Source of the DNA: Ginkgo biloba
Lineage: Eukaryota > Plantae > Ginkgophyta
Assembly: GCA_024626585.2 (NCBI GenBank)
Contig: JANKJI020000002.1
Span: 62,851,902 to 62,873,647 of the forward strand
Direction: 5' to 3'
Length of the DNA: 21,746 nt
The position numbers were made by a program, and so were the translations under genes. The stretch's first letter is position 1; every line of letters begins with the position of its first letter. Shown here in pieces: positions 20,240 to 21,746 of the stretch. A model generated the notes under the pieces. It was not told where the DNA came from and did no database searches. It saw only the letters and a list, made by a program, of their open reading frames with translations.

Positions 20240-21110
20240 GTGGAAGATTGAATAGGGAAAGTTTAAGCTGCTTAGATACCTCAATTTTGATGTTTTGAAT
20301 CTCAAAATGACTATAAAAAAAAAAGACAAGGTTAATCATGAAATCATGGTGATGACAGTGTGCTTTGCAGTCACCTAGAACAGTTGGACACTTTGGACTC
20401 CTTTTAAGGCTTGGGTTTTACAAAAGACATTTATCCCTTAATGGATTGACTCAATTTAATTTGGTTAACTTGTTCACAATTATTAGTTTCTTGGCATGCC
20501 TATTTGTCTAGATCAGAATTTAGAAATCGTTCAACTTGTATGGGTTTTCTTGTCATTATGCTTCATTTGAGGCTTTAACTTTTTAGCAATGGGTTCTAGA
20601 CTTAGCCCAAAGGAGCTAAGCCTAACTAAATTAAATGGCCTTAAATCATAATNNNNNNNNNNAGTATGGTAATGAAGAAGTTTAAGAATTTAGGTCGGTC
20701 ACCCAAAAAACAAGTAAAATCATGTAAAATGACTTTTGGGAGCTTAGGAATTATGTTGGTCACATGGGTAAAAATGTTCAGGGGCTAGATAATAAAGAGG
20801 CCTCATATCTTATAAAATCCATGGTGAATTCCTACGTGCCAACCACATCTTGGATTGGCTCTTAGATGTCCACTCATTATCCAATAACAAAAATAAAACT
20901 CCTTAGGTAGTAGGGGAAAAGCATTGAGATAGTTGGTTTTCACATGTATCCATATAAAGATAGAATATATGAATTACAATAATAATGAGAAATATTTAAC
21001 GTTCACATGTATGCAAGCATTTATTTATGTTCATTTATGATAACATTATGTAAAAAGTAGGTATATGTTAGGTTTCAAAAGTGGCACTATTAGTACGAAG
21101 ATCAACTTTC

Positions 21111-21249
21111 CACAAATGGCTCTAGCCTCTGTTGTTGGCTATGGAGATAGATTGTATGGTCTTTCTACGTCAACAACCAATCCTTTAGTCACAAATTGTT
21201 CTTACCATCAACACTTGGTAGCTATGAATAATCTCTTAGACTCCACCCC
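21111..21249 (-). repeat. Copy of dispersed ~130 bp GGGGTGGAGTC-motif repeat
   Basis: The reverse complement GGGGTGGAGTCTAAGAGA...TGATGGT...CTAAAGG...TAGAAAG.CC...CTCCATAGCCAACAACAG...ATTTGTG is colinear with 13930-14064. Confidence 0.65.
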
Positions 21250-21746
21250 ACTACTAAGGGTGCCAAGCTTCAACACCAAGATAGTCCTAACAATTAGAAA
21301 TATGCACCTTCACTACCAGTTATTTCTTTATATTAATTTCTAGTATGCTCACTAAACCCTAAGGTTATAAAAATAGTCATAGAATAGAACCAAAATACAT
21401 TGGTATGGTCAACAAACCCTATGACTATAACAATATTCATAGAGGCAGTCAAATCACTACGAAAAACTTTGAGCAACAACTCAATGCTCATTCGATATCT
21501 TTCAACCCATTGCCAATTATATCCTACAAAATATATACACATTTCCCAACAAGGACAACATAAGACTCTCCAGTAGATTCTTGGTTAACAACCATGTTAT
21601 AGTAGACACTATTCTAGGGTTTTTTGTATGTTAGGAAAAATGACTTACATGATGCAAAGGAAGGGTTTCCTAAATTAATAAATGATATCCTACATCATAC
21701 TAGCAATAAATATCGATAAATATATTCAAATGACCCCTTAGTTGGA

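Noticed and set aside
20371-20410. tttgcag| followed by HLEQLDTLDSF as the next PA200 exon
   Set aside because: Weak similarity and an in-frame TAA.
1-21746. CRISPR arrays, tRNA/rRNA genes, prokaryotic operons or horizontally transferred genes
   Set aside because: No regularly spaced repeats, cloverleaf or rRNA signatures, or long intact ORFs were seen; the content is spliced eukaryotic exons plus TE relics.

Overview
This is AT-rich, CpG-depleted eukaryotic genomic DNA from a draft assembly with about 15 N-gaps. It is almost certainly a land plant with a large, TE-rich genome; a gymnosperm-like origin is inference only. The window holds an internal part of a + strand, multi-exon gene for a proteasome activator PA200/PSME4/Blm10-family protein, which the ORF track largely misses because it is spliced. 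Two exons lie at 1184-1251 and 1408-1509 (VFLLSPDGS...LLEL/YFHPSNNGEW...KRIAHEE). A ~16.4 kb interval full of decayed transposons follows. Then come six well-supported exons at 17868-19760 (ITATHQL...GLDANDRPK, WIDEFL...LEP, LLFGKMAPPLYEQ, ALNKVVKFV...MLPG, YQLDILA...GG, INGAG...YYP) and weaker candidate exons at 17563-17786, 19856-19915 and 20112-20239. The long interval contains Ty3/gypsy LTR+PBS+gag remnants, a Ty1/copia gag, an L1 LINE fragment, RTE-like RT fragments and a dispersed ~130 bp motif. The protein looks much more divergent from the angiosperm PA200 I recall than an orthologue should be, so it may be a second, little-studied PA200 paralogue. Several unusual splice-site configurations are visible. 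No prokaryotic-type system (CRISPR etc.) or RNA gene is supported. Homologue comparisons are from memory of family motifs, not from database searches.
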